A stretch of 64,000 nucleotides of DNA. Origin: Vicugna vicugna. Lineage: Eukaryota. Numbering within the stretch: the stretch's first letter is position 1; each line of letters begins with the position of its first letter. The position numbers and the translations under genes are program-made. Of this stretch, positions 24,591 through 35,720 are shown piece after piece. Location: NCBI GenBank assembly GCA_013265495.1, contig MU057377.1, positions 62,001 through 126,000 on the forward strand, in the 5' to 3' direction. The notes below the pieces were generated by a model. It saw only the letters and a list, made by a program, of their open reading frames with translations. It ran no database searches and was not told the DNA's origin.

Positions 24591-25894
24591 TGGCCTAGTA
24601 AAGAAATCAGTAGACACAGAACATGTAGAGAATTTTAGATGGTAAAAGTTGCTGTTTTGTTAATCTACTTGATCTCTTTTAATTAAACTTATTTTTGATC
24701 TAAATTTGGACAAGACTCATTTGACCAACTAAGTAGACAGGGGAAAAGTACAAGAATAAACAAAAGATGGGTAAATGTTCTCGGGACTCCATTTTTCTCT
24801 GACTTCCCCAAATGTTTTCATTTCTACTCTGTGCCCCGCCTTTCCCTCTAGGATAAAGCCCCTCTTTAACCCAGCAAACAAACATTTAAAGGAGGGATTA
24901 GGACCAGATATAAAGAAAGGCATGAGAATTAACTGAGAGCCCAGGAAAATTTTGATTGCCAGCATGTATTTCCCTAAATTAGAATGTGGCCACAGCCCCC
25001 ACAGTTAAATCCCAAACCCCAGAGTGGCAGCGTGGTAGCATCTGGGTGGGGATTATCTGATCCTGGGTTTATGTTGAAATCCACCTCAGGGAAATTACAT
25101 CCTCTTCAAGGACTCTGAAGCCATGTGTGAATTGTAACAAAGACCCACATAGCAAGATTTTTTTAAATTATAAAATTGTATTATTTTTGTACAGATTAGA
25201 CAGGAAATATTTAAACTCTGCCTTAAAGCAGAAAGAGGGCCAACAGTTTGACCATTGCAGTGTTGTGGCTCTAGGTATAACGTATCAGTTGTACGCGTGA
25301 GTCATAAAATTGGAAAACACCATGTACAGAAATTTAGGTAAGAGATAAATTAGGGAGTAATTATTTGTGTGTATGTATGTGTATATAAATATGTATTTAT
25401 TTTGTTTGTTTTGCAAAAGGATTCATAGTAAGTAACTGAAATATGATACTTGCCTAATTGGTTAGTAATATTTAAAAATCCCTTTTTCCATCCCCCCCCC
25501 CCCCGGATTTACAGTCTTGTCTGAATTGTGGGCTGCTCAGGGGTGATGCACACCGGCTCCGAGTTTCTAGCCCAGAGATCTCACCCACTGAAGATGCCTT
25601 TTGCTTGTCTTGGTCAGAAGGAAAAGTAACAGGGGTGGACGGGATACCAGCGTTAATTACTAGAAAAAGGGTGTGTGGATTCAAAGAAATAGAAATGGGT
25701 TACCAAGTTGGCGGAGGAGGACAAAATCAGGAAGAGAAACTCTAGAACGCTTGCTTTCTTTGAACCACAGACGTTAGGTGAGCGAAATATTCAGGTAGGT
25801 TAGAGTTTCAGTAAAGACTGAATTTAAAAATCCTTCTCTCCCAGCTGCCGTGGCAGAGGCCCTCGCCCTATGTTAAGTATATTAAAATGACAAA

Positions 25895-26550
25895 AGACAC
25901 AACTGCAACATTATTAATAGCCAAGACAGGGAACAACCTAAGTGTCTGTCTACAGATGAATGGATAGAGAAGATGTTGCATATATATACAATGGCATATT
26001 ATTCAGTCCTGAGAAAGAAGGAAGTCCTGCCATTTACAAGGACAGGACCTTGAGGGCATTATGCTAAGTGAGGTAAGTATGACAGAGGAAGACAAATACT
26101 GCATGATCTCACTTGTGTGTGGAATCCAGAAAAGCCAAACTTGTAGAAACAGAGCAAAATGGGAGTAACCAGGGGCTGGGGTGGGGGAAACGGATGTTGG
26201 TCAAAGGGCACAAGCTTCCAGGTATAAGAGGAATCAATTTTGGGGATCCAATGTGCAATATGGCTTATCATTAATAATAGTGTATTGTTACACAATAATA
26301 TTTGTATTCCACATAATTGATTATATACAATTATGGTTAATAATACTGTGTTATATACTTGAAAATTACTAGGAGAGTAGATCTTAAAGTTTTCATCACA
26401 AAAAGAAATAGTACTTACATTAGCTAACGCTATGGTGGTAATCATTTTACAATATAGAAGTGCATCAGATCAACACAGTAAACACCTCAAACTCACACAG
26501 TGTTATATGTCAATTATATCTCAACAGGGCAGGGGGAAGAAAGAGAAAAG
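25895..26550 (+). mobile_element. LINE-1 3' end
   Basis: atagccaagacagggaacaacctaagtgtc...ggaccttgagggcattatgctaagtgag...gttatatgtcaattatatctcaac. Confidence 0.85.
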
Positions 26551-28299
26551 ATACATGCCAGCGGAGCAACTTGTTGTTAGAGACAGAGCAGCACATGGTT
26601 TAGTTGGCTACCTGTTGAAAGAAAGCCTTGACAGGGGTGTCAGTCTGTGAGAGGCACATGCTGCAGACAAAAAGTTAAATCATGAAGGAAAGAATTCAAG
26701 TTATGGAAAAGAGAGTGAAAGAAAGCCCGCATGCTTCAGTGTTTCTAGGAGACTGGAAATGCTGGCTTAAGTGGTAGTGACAATAAATCTTTGGGTTCAG
26801 TATGCATATGCCTTGCCTGGACTAGGTCACCTGCACTCCTGCTCGGCAGTAACCTTGGTCTGGAAAGTTGAAACTCACTCTCTTGGAAACCGGAGCAGCT
26901 CGGTGGAGGGTTGCAGAAATTGTCTCAGCCTAGGGCTAGCAGTGTTCTGTCTGCCCCGTATGGTGTCTCCCAGAATTGTACCAACACCCCCACCATTCAC
27001 TGGCCCCTTCCTGACCTGCTGGGGGAGCTTAATCCTTAAGGTGAGCGATTTCCCAAAAGGTGCCTCTTTGAACCCTGATGTTCTGCTCTGGAAGTCTCTC
27101 ATGCTCCCCCAACCCCACCTCATCCTGTTTCATGTGAATTAAGGCTAAATCTGTTGTGAACAGAAAACAAACTGTGTGTGGACTATGGATCAAGGGTTCC
27201 TCCTTACTGATTTTTGTATGTTCATACTTTTGTAACCAACTATTAGGCCTTTCCACCTTTAAGCGGCTCTGACATTTCTGGAAAACATCTGTCACTACAA
27301 ACTGAGCTCCTCCCCTAACTTCAGTTGTGAACCTCTGCATGACAACTTGGGGTGTAGAAGGCAGTAGCTTTGTAGTTAGAAAAGCATGTGTACGTGATAG
27401 TCTTTTTTTTTTTTTAACTTAGTACATATTTATTGAAGTCATAGTATGGGCCAAGTATTGCATGTATGTGAACTACTGGACACATTGTTGCCCAAAGTCT
27501 TTCAAGAACATACTTTAAAAATTAAGTAATTCTTTATAACAGCACATTAGTTATGGGAACAGGATTGCTTCCAAAGTATTTAAAATATTTTGTACTATAT
27601 AATAGTTCAAGCTTTTTCTTCTAATTTTGTTTATAGTATTAAATGTTCATGAAATTCTTTTTGTTTTTTATAGATAAAATAAAGGGACAGTCAGCCACAT
27701 CTTTACTGGAATTACCACAACTTCTAAATTATTGAAAAGAGGCCTGCGTTGTTACAATGGCTTTCTAACTGGTCCTGTGGTTTCTGCTCTTCCCATTTGC
27801 AATAAACCCCACCCTGAAGCCAGATACTTTTCTCATAGTATTAGTTTACACCACTCCCCTGCATAAAACCCCCCATTGTTTCCCAGTTGAAAACATTTTG
27901 AATCTTTATAAATATTTTAGGCTAATCACATTTTGTTGTGTGCAGAATATTTACAAATCAAACAAAAAAATTAAGATACACAAGAATAAAACTGAATCTG
28001 ATTAACAAGCACCTCTAGCACAACCGGCTACTTAAAAGAAATACAAAATCCTGTTAATCTGCATATGTTAAGAGTTTTGAGACATCGGTCCAGACTTACA
28101 ATGCATCCAGGAAAGAGATGTGGAGAAAATCCCAAAATTTTAGAACAAAATCCAAACTTCCAACCGCTCTTCTGGGCTCCAAACTGTAGAGAAAGCGAAA
28201 TGACTCCCCACCTCTTGCTTTGTGTATTATTTCTCTAGTTGATCATCTCAGCCTTTCTACCGAGGTGTTACTTACATACGGCACAGGGCATGAATAATT

Positions 28300-29100
28300 A
28301 AGAGCAGAGGTGAGTGAATGTCTGCACACGCGCGCTCCCACGCGGCCGCCAACTCCGTCCGGATGAGACCGTGCCCAGCCCCGCAGACGGTTTCCTTCTG
28401 CCCCGTCCCGTCGCCACTCCCTCTGTAGAGAGAGCCTTCAACTTCCATCTCCATGGAGTGGAGTTCTCTGTCCACGGGAACGGAATCAGAGTGAATTTTC
28501 TCGGGTGTGCATTCTCTCGCTCAGCGTGGCGCCTGTGAGACTGGTGGAGTTCGGCCCGTGGTGGAGTCTCTGTGCGGCCGAGGAGGCCCCGCTGCACGAA
28601 CGTGCCGGCGTCGCGCTAGGCCGGCTCCCGTGCGCTGACGTTTGGGTCGTTTCCGGGCGTTCGCTCTCGCGGGTAAAGCTGCTGCGAACACCCCCGGACG
28701 CGTCTTCGTGGACGGGGGGCCGGCCTCGCGGGGGGAACGCCTGAAGTGGAGTTTCTGTGCCCCAGGGTGTCGTGTGTACGCCGTGCGTTGGCTGAGGCTG
28801 CCAAGGAGCTTTCCGAAGGGGCTGCGTGCGCCACGTTCCCTTCGCGTGCTCAGTGCCCGTGAGGTCCCGGCGTCCAGGTCTTTTCCAGGACTTAGTAGTG
28901 TCCATCTTTTCGTAAGCTTAGCCTCGTGGTAGCTGTATTGTGACACCTCTGTGGTGTCAGTTTGCGCCTCTTTGTGGCCAGTGATGCCGAGCACGTGTTC
29001 GGTCGCGCCACCCGCAGACACGCCGCGCTCGGGGGCGCTGCCCTCTCCAAGCTGGCCCTTCTCTGCCTGCCCACGGCCGCTGCCTTGCGATCTCTGCCAC
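28300..29100 (-). mobile_element. Old L1 (L1MD/ME-like) ORF2 end/3' UTR, extremely GC-shifted and CpG-island-like
   Basis: Collinear with the young L1 at 55.5-56.5 kb: 28637 gacgtttgggtcgtttcc vs 56009 gacatttaggctgtttcc; 28940 gtgacacctctgtggtgtcagtttgcgcctctttgtggccagtgatgccgagca vs 56304 gtgatacctcgttgtagttttgatttgcatttctctgataattagtgatattgagca. Confidence 0.8.
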
Positions 29101-29169
29101 CGTCACTCTGGGAATTCCTTCAACGTCCCCCCATGCTGCGCCGCTCGTTCCCCGGGTCACCTGTCCTCC

Positions 29170-30660
29170 CCTTTCTCGGCTACTCCTTCAGTCAGTGGGA
29201 CACCTTCTCTAGTATCTTTCTGAAGGTGGGTGTGTGGGGGTCAATTTTAAGACCTTGCATTTCTGAAAATGTCTTTGTTCTCTTTTCCTACGTGGCCGGC
29301 AGCTTGGTGATGTATAACATTTGAGAGGAGGAACCATTTCCAGGAAGTTTTGAAGGCACCTTTCCATTGTCCTCCTGCTTCAGGGATGCTGAAGGGAGAA
29401 TCCTGGCCTTTTTATGGGGTTTGGTTTTTTGTTTATTTGTTTTTTGTTCTTTTGTTTTTTGATTCCTGGATGCTTTTAAAATCTCCACGTTGACCCTGGT
29501 GTTCTGCATCTTCATGGTCTTGTGAAATGAGCCGCTTTCTCGTCAATGAACTGGGAGGGGCCCTTTCAGTTCTGAACCTCACATCCTTTAGTTCCAGGAA
29601 ATTTTCTCGTACTATTTCTTCAGTAACATCCTCTCTTTATCTCTTTGTTCTCTCTGTCAGACGTTGGACTTCCTGTCTTGACAGTCTCCTTTCCTTGTCT
29701 ATTCTCTTTCTCTTTCTGTTGCTGACTTTTCATGCTGGTTAGGGATATTTTCTTAATCTTTCTTCCAATCCTTTTATTGATTACTTTTTCACTTTACTTT
29801 TGCTGTTGTTTGCTTTCAAGAGCTCTTTCTTATTCTCTGAATGTCCCTTTTTAAAAATACTAATTTTTGTTTCAGAAACTTGATAACTTGTCTAATAATT
29901 ACATCTTAACAATTTTTTCCCTGTTTCCTCTTTGTTCCTTTCTTTCATTTATACTGTTTCTGCCTTTTACGTTGGAGACTTTCTGCCAATGTTCATAATC
30001 CTTTGCTAACCAATTATTATTATTAAGAACAAGGCACTAAAAAGCTGATTGGAAGCTCTGCGGGCTCAGATGGAGCTTGTTGCCTGGAGGGCTTTACCAT
30101 CAGGCTGTTCCGTGAGCCTCAAAAGAGTCAGTATCTGCATGTGGTTCATCTCCCTCGGGCTAGTGAACTTTCCTAGAGAAGAGTCTTCTCATTTCTGCTT
30201 GGACGTTATATACCCTGGCGGCTGAGGTTTTGGGGAAAAGGAGCTAGAGTTTGCACGTTCGACATGTCAGCCTTTTTTAACCTTCCTCCTAAGTCTGCAG
30301 TCTCCCCTCTCCCCGCCCCCAACCCAGGCACCAGCTCCCCCTGATGCACCTGAGTCTCAGCGCCCCTGTGCTTCAGTTGTCCCGGGGAGGGACTGTGTCT
30401 TCTCTCTGAGAAAGCATGTTTGCCTTATGGCACGGGGTGGGGGAGAGCAGAGTCAAAATGCCATTTTTAAAAGACTTCCAAATAGCCGTGTTCTCATCAG
30501 CCTCACCTGCTTTCAGAGGTGCCCGTCACCTCTTACCCCTTTGTGTTTCCACGAACCTGTCCTGGGAACTGACTTGCATCCTTTGGACGTAGAGGTTGAG
30601 ATTTCAGCTTTCTCTGGCTGGCTGAGCCAGTTCCCTTCATTTCCAAGATTTTTTTTTTTT
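29170..30660 (-). mobile_element. Ancient L1M 5' region / ORF1 remnant
   Basis: ttgcatttctgaaaatgtctttgtt...gggccctttcagttctgaacctcacatcctttagttccaggaaattttctc...aaggcactaaaaagctgattggaagctctg, typical of the L1ME ORF1/5' end in antisense. Confidence 0.7.
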
Positions 30661-30932
30661 TTTTTTTTTTTTTAAGGAGTGTGTGTATGTGTGTGCGTGG
30701 GCACCATTTGTCCTCTTTGCAATCATTGCTGTAGGGTTTAGGGAGGGAGTGGAGATGATATATTTTTATTCTTTCTTCATGTTTAAATGGCATCTGAGGG
30801 GACAGGGAGAGTCTCATTTTCTCAGGGCAACCACAAGAGCACTACAGAGAGTGTCGCTCCCACTGAGAAGATACGGACTCTGATGGTAGTGACCAGCCTG
30901 GTGATTCAGTATGATTCCGTGTTAGGTGACTG

Positions 30933-31246
30933 TGTTGACTTAAACCTCCAGTTATTTCTCCAGCAAACGCGGGTATATTTGGGATCAGCGGATAATGGAA
31001 ATCTGCAACCATAGTGTGCCACGTGCAAGTCCCTAGCAAAAATGAGGAGAACTCTTTGGTAGAGGGAAGGGAAGGCGGGAGGGCCGTGTAAACAGAGGCC
31101 GTGGCTTGTCACTGGCTGAGTCCTTAGCCCGGAGGGGCGCCTGTCTTCTTCCTGTTGGGCTCTGCTGCTGCCACAGGGCGTGAGACCTCCTGCTTCTGGG
31201 CTCCACATTCTATTTAATCGATGGTCCTGTTTATTAATTTTTTACA
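30933..31246 (-). mobile_element. Solo ERV1 LTR (artiodactyl ALTR2-like)
   Basis: TG...CA ends. The minus strand starts TGTAAAAAATTAATAAACAG and contains GCAGAGCCCAACAGGAAGAAGA. Near-perfect 4-bp TSD actg/attg. Confidence 0.75.
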
Positions 31247-31589
31247 ATTGTTACCTAAGAAGGCCCAAAAGTGAGAAAGTACAGGCTAGATTAGAGGACA
31301 GCATGATGTTCGACATTCTTCAGGTGATGCAGAGGAAGCCTGCGGGACATGAGGATGCAGAATCTGAAAGGACAAGTCGTAGACTAGCCCGTCTGAGGGC
31401 TTGAAGGTGCAGCGTGAGTACGCACACCAACAGGAAGACGTTTGCCCCCGTACCTTTCCCCCTGGGGCCTGCCTCCATGCCGGGTGACGAAGAGATGAGT
31501 TAGACAAGCGAGTGTGCTGTTCCCGCTGCAGTACACTGCAGCTCAGGATAGGAGGTGGTTCAGTGGGTGTGAAAATACGAACTGGGCAA

Positions 31590-31880
31590 GGGGCTGAATA
31601 TCTTCTGTTTTCCCCTCCAGATCAGTTCTCCACCCTTAACTCTGCTTCTTGCCCTGGGAGACCGATTCAGACAGGTGATGTCAACTCAGGTCTTGGGCCA
31701 CCTGGCGTTTTGCTGGATCCCACCCCAGGGAAGCACAACAGGAGACCCAAGGTGGTTCTTCCCCGACTCCCTCCTTGCAGTGCCTCCTCCAGCTTTCTCA
31801 CTGAAGCTGACTGCTCTTTTCAAGGCACTGACTCTACAGGACTCTCTCCTTCCCCGAGTCATGCAACTGGGAACCCGCTT
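31590..31880. mobile_element. LTR33-like ERVL LTR fragment
   Basis: ccctccagatcagttctccaccctt...tgccctgggagaccga matches the recalled LTR33 consensus. Confidence 0.55.
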
Positions 31881-32255
31881 GCTCTGTAATCCTGATGGGG
31901 AGTACAGCCAAGACCCTCCCTGAACTTCCAAACAAACGCATAGTGTTGAAACAGAAGAGTTTTAAACAACCTGAGCTGTTTGCCTTTGGGACTGAAATAC
32001 TGCAGGGTGGGAAGGGCCATGGTTTTATTTGCTTGGGTGTTTTTGTTGCCTCTGGGTTCTTGACTGAGGGATAAGTTGCCAATATGTGAATTTAATGAGT
32101 GTCCTTTAAGGACCCATCTTTCACATCCTTATACTTAAAAACTAAACTAAATGACTCTGCTTCCAGTTTGCTGACACTGGCTGAGGACTTATTATTTTGC
32201 AGAGTGTTATATGCACTGATGTGGCTGAACTAAAGAAAGGAAAAAAAGAACTCTC

Positions 32256-32335
32256 TCTGAAACTAACATTGTAAATCAACTACACTTCAACAAAAAAGAA
32301 AACTAAAAAAAAAAAAAAAAGGAAAAAAAGTCTCT
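32256..32335 (+). mobile_element. Short L1 3' tail with poly(A) and probable TSD
   Basis: ctgaaactaacattgtaaatcaactacacttcaa plus an A-tail, flanked by aaaggaaaaaaag(aac/-)tctct on both sides. Confidence 0.75.
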
Positions 32336-32765
32336 NNNNNNNNNNNNNNNNNNNNNNNNNNNNNNNNNNNNNNNNNNNNNNNNNNNNNNNNNNNNNNNNN
32401 NNNNNNNNNNNNNNNNNNNNNNNNNNNNNNNNNNNNNNNNNNNNNNNNNNNNNNNNNNNNNNNNNNNNNNNNNNNNNNNNNNNNNNNNNNNNNNNNNNNN
32501 NNNNNNNNNNNNNNNNNNNNNNNNNNNNNNNNNNNNNNNNNNNNNNNNNNNNNNNNNNNNNNNNNNNNNNNNNNNNNNNNNNNNNNNNNNNNNNNNNNNN
32601 NNNNNNNNNNNNNNNNNNNNNNNNNNNNNNNNNNNNNNNNNNNNNNNNNNNNNNNNNNNNNNNNNNNNNNNNNNNNNNNNNNNNNNNNNNNNNNNNNNNN
32701 NNNNNNNNNNNNNNNNNNNNNNNNNNNNNNNNNNNNNNNNNNNNNNNNNNNNNNNNNNNNNNNNN
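32336..32765. other. Assembly gap (430 N)
   Basis: Run of N. Confidence 1.
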
Positions 32766-33259
32766 AAAAAAAAAACTAAAAAAAAAAAAAAAAGGAAAAG
32801 AAGTCTCTATTCTTGAAGATGCGTCATATCCCAAAGAGGAAGTCTTGCCACCTGTTTCTATATTTACATCTTCTTAGAGGCTTAGAGGGGAGGCTGAAGC
32901 CACACTGATCCACATAAATTATGCTGTACAGCCTGAGAGTCTAACATCATGGTAATGAAGCCAATATCCCTGTGAACTGGTCTTTAGGCAAAGGCTTGGT
33001 AGAAATGCGAGACTGTAAGACAGGATCCTGTCAAGGTGAGGCCCAAGGCAGCCTAGATGAGATTAGTGGTATTCACAAGTGATTCAAGTCAATTTCCAAA
33101 GCCTCAAAAGCTTTTCCATACTCTCTGTGTAGGCTATTCAATACCATAGCTGGTTTTTCAAAAGAATTAATCTGTAAAAAACTTTCCACAAAAACATTTG
33201 ACAATTAGTAGATGCTAACATATCATTTAGGAGGAAAAAACAAGTTAACATTAAAGTTG

Positions 33260-33710
33260 TGTTAAATCAGAAATGAGAGGCCCAAGCTGGAGTCACTGCC
33301 CCTGCCAGGACAGCAAACCAAGACTTAATTGCAGTTTCCAATCTTCCACAAAAATGAAGTCTTAATCAATCAGTCTGGAATTTTCTGGTCAGCACCAATG
33401 AAGGAATCTGTAATCTGTCACGGGGGCCCTCTCCACCCGTGGGTCCCCTTCCTGCAAGAGGCAGTCTGCTTGCAAAAACCCTTGCTTTCCCTTTCTTTCA
33501 AAAAGATGTTCTGACCTAAAAATAATGCTTTTTTTCTTTCTTTCCCTAATGGCTCCTTTGCCCCACCCTTCTTCCAGTAAAGACCTTCTGTGCATACAGC
33601 CCCTGGGAGGACCCGTCTGGCTGCTAGATGGGGTGCCTTCCCATTCATGAATCATCAAATAAAGCCAACTAGATCTTCGCATTTACTCGGCTGAATTTTG
33701 TTTTTTGACC
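33260..33710 (+). mobile_element. Solo ERV1 LTR (MER34/MER39-like)
   Basis: tgttaaatcagaaatgagaggcccaagctggagtc...aataaagccaactagatc...ttttttgacc, with near-match TSD gttg/attg. Confidence 0.7.
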
Positions 33711-33904
33711 ATTGGTAATTTTCAGTCCAGAAAGTGTGAGTTCAGGCAGTGATAGAAATATTGCTTTTTAGAGGTTTTTTTTTTTTTAAACTACCAGGAA
33801 TATACCAGGGGTCTGATATATTGTTTTTGCACGGTTACCTCGCCTGGGGATGGGAGGAGACTGTCTTCATCCTGTCAATTTGTGAATATAAAACTCCATG
33901 GATC

Positions 33905-34120
33905 GACCAACAGACACACACTACTACATATGAAATAGATAAACAACAAGGACCTACTGTTATAACCATATATTCAATTTCTTGTAATGAGCTCTAGGGG
34001 AAAAGAATCTGAAATACATATACATATGTATGTATATGTATAACTGAATCACCTTGCTGTACACCTGAAACTAACATTGTAAATCGACTACTTTTCCATA
34101 AACAATAAGAATTAAAAAAA
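33905..34120 (+). mobile_element. Cetartiodactyl L1 3' UTR with A-tail
   Basis: gataaacaacaaggacctactgt...gtataactgaatcaccttgctgtacacctgaaactaac. Confidence 0.85.
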
Positions 34121-34429
34121 ACGTGGACCAGATACACAGACGCTGTCCAGTGGACAAGGGTTTGGAGCGCAGACCCCACGGCTGGCGGTGACAGGTGTGC
34201 CGGGAGCGAGGAAGCGATGGACCTGCTCCGTAGTGCGCGGTGAGAGGCCGTGGTCCCTGAGTCGTGCTGCGCGGGGAGCAAGGCTGAGATGTCACTGTAG
34301 AGGGAGAGGAGAGTCTGCGCAGTGAAGTGCTGAAGAGAAAGCAGTCTTCCCACACACTGGGCGGCAAGGGCAGGAAGGCTTTTGTGCCTCAGAAACAAAG
34401 CACCATCTATGTGCAGGCACAAGCTGTCA

Positions 34430-34830
34430 GTGGTCATTGGTCAAAGTTCCCTTGAGGGTCGCGTAGGGTCCTGAGGTCCTGAACGTCAGAGCTCGGCTCC
34501 TCTGCCCATAACTCATGACTGTCCTGAGAAACCACGGGGGAGGGGGGCTGCAAGCTCCGAGGACCCTGTGACAGGAGAAGATGTTTCATCAGCCCGCCTG
34601 GAAGAGGCAGGCAGCCCGGGAAGCGCGGGGGTCCCGCCTCTGACGCGGGAGGCGCTCCTCCCCGCTGCGCCCCGTCCCGCCACGTCCCAGGGCGGGGGCT
34701 CTGGGGTGGGAGGGGCAGGGCCGGGATGCCCCGCGGTTGTGCGGTTGTGGGAGGTGGCAGTTCGTTCCCTGCTTTGTGGAAACGCAGAAAGAGCATGTTG
34801 CAAACCAAATTTCACTGTTCTCTAAAAACA
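34430..34830. promoter_or_regulatory. Small CpG-rich island with GC boxes and a G-quadruplex motif
   Basis: Dense CpG; gggcgggggctctggggtgggaggggcagggccggg at 34690-34725. Confidence 0.45.
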
Positions 34831-35369
34831 AATCCTAAATCCAGGCAGTTCACAGCCACCATGGCCTTTAAATGCCTGGGAGCCAGGGAAACAAGCCCTC
34901 AGAAGGCTGTGTCATTGTTGACTAGAGGAAGAACTGAAGCAGGCGGGAGGATTGGTAAGTCGGAGGAGGTGGGCGGCAGAGTGTGGGAGGGACCGAGCCT
35001 CGTGCTAGACCACGCCCTGGGGGGAGCCCCACCTGCCAGGGAGCCTCCCTTTTCCCCTCCCCTCCCTCCAATTATTGGGGATGATATAATTTCTTAAGGA
35101 CTCACATTCGAAGCCATTTAAACTTTTCACAGAACTATTTACTCGTGTTGGATGTATTTTTCATTTTCTTTCAGCTTTTTTATTCCCTCAAGCATAATTT
35201 TATATATTGAGGCAAATGTCTTTTTTCTATCAAAATCTTGTGGAAACAATAGTTTTGCAGATGGACCCAGCCTGAGAATAGTAACATCTAGAATCTTGAG
35301 GCTTCTAGAATAACAATAATGTGCAGTCAATCCCTCTTCTATTCTCTCCCTGGTGGTCATGGCATCATC

Positions 35370-35720
35370 GTATCAGGCAATCAGTAAATACTTACTGAAA
35401 ACCAAGTGGCCCCCACATTCTGGGGGGTATTAGAGAAGGCCTGCACACACACGAAGCAGAAACTGCAGTTCCTACCCTTGTGGTGTTTATAGTCGGAAGT
35501 GCTTAAATGATCACATGTGAAAAAGAGCTAAGAGTAGTTAAATACTCAGCAGCTGGAAACTGGCTGAAGGTGCCATGGGGACACAGAAGGGAGACATTAT
35601 TGTGGACCAGAACCAGTGGGAGGAGTTTTCATAAAGGAGGCAGGACCTGAGCTGGACCTTGACGGTGGGGCAGGAGGGAGAGGAGGGGTGCCTCAGGTGG
35701 GATGGATAAGCAGGTATGAA
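35370..35720. mobile_element. L2 fragment
   Basis: tcagtaaatacttactgaaaacc...cataaaggaggcaggacctgagctggaccttgacgg. Confidence 0.6.

Noticed and set aside
28272..29324. Cluster of 60-166 aa ORFs suggesting a gene at a CpG island
   Set aside because: The sequence is a GC-shifted L1 remnant. The ORFs arise from loss of AT-rich stop codons, and no recognisable protein or splice structure is present.
32280..32834. 184-aa ORF
   Set aside because: It consists of N-gap and poly(A)/poly(T) sequence.
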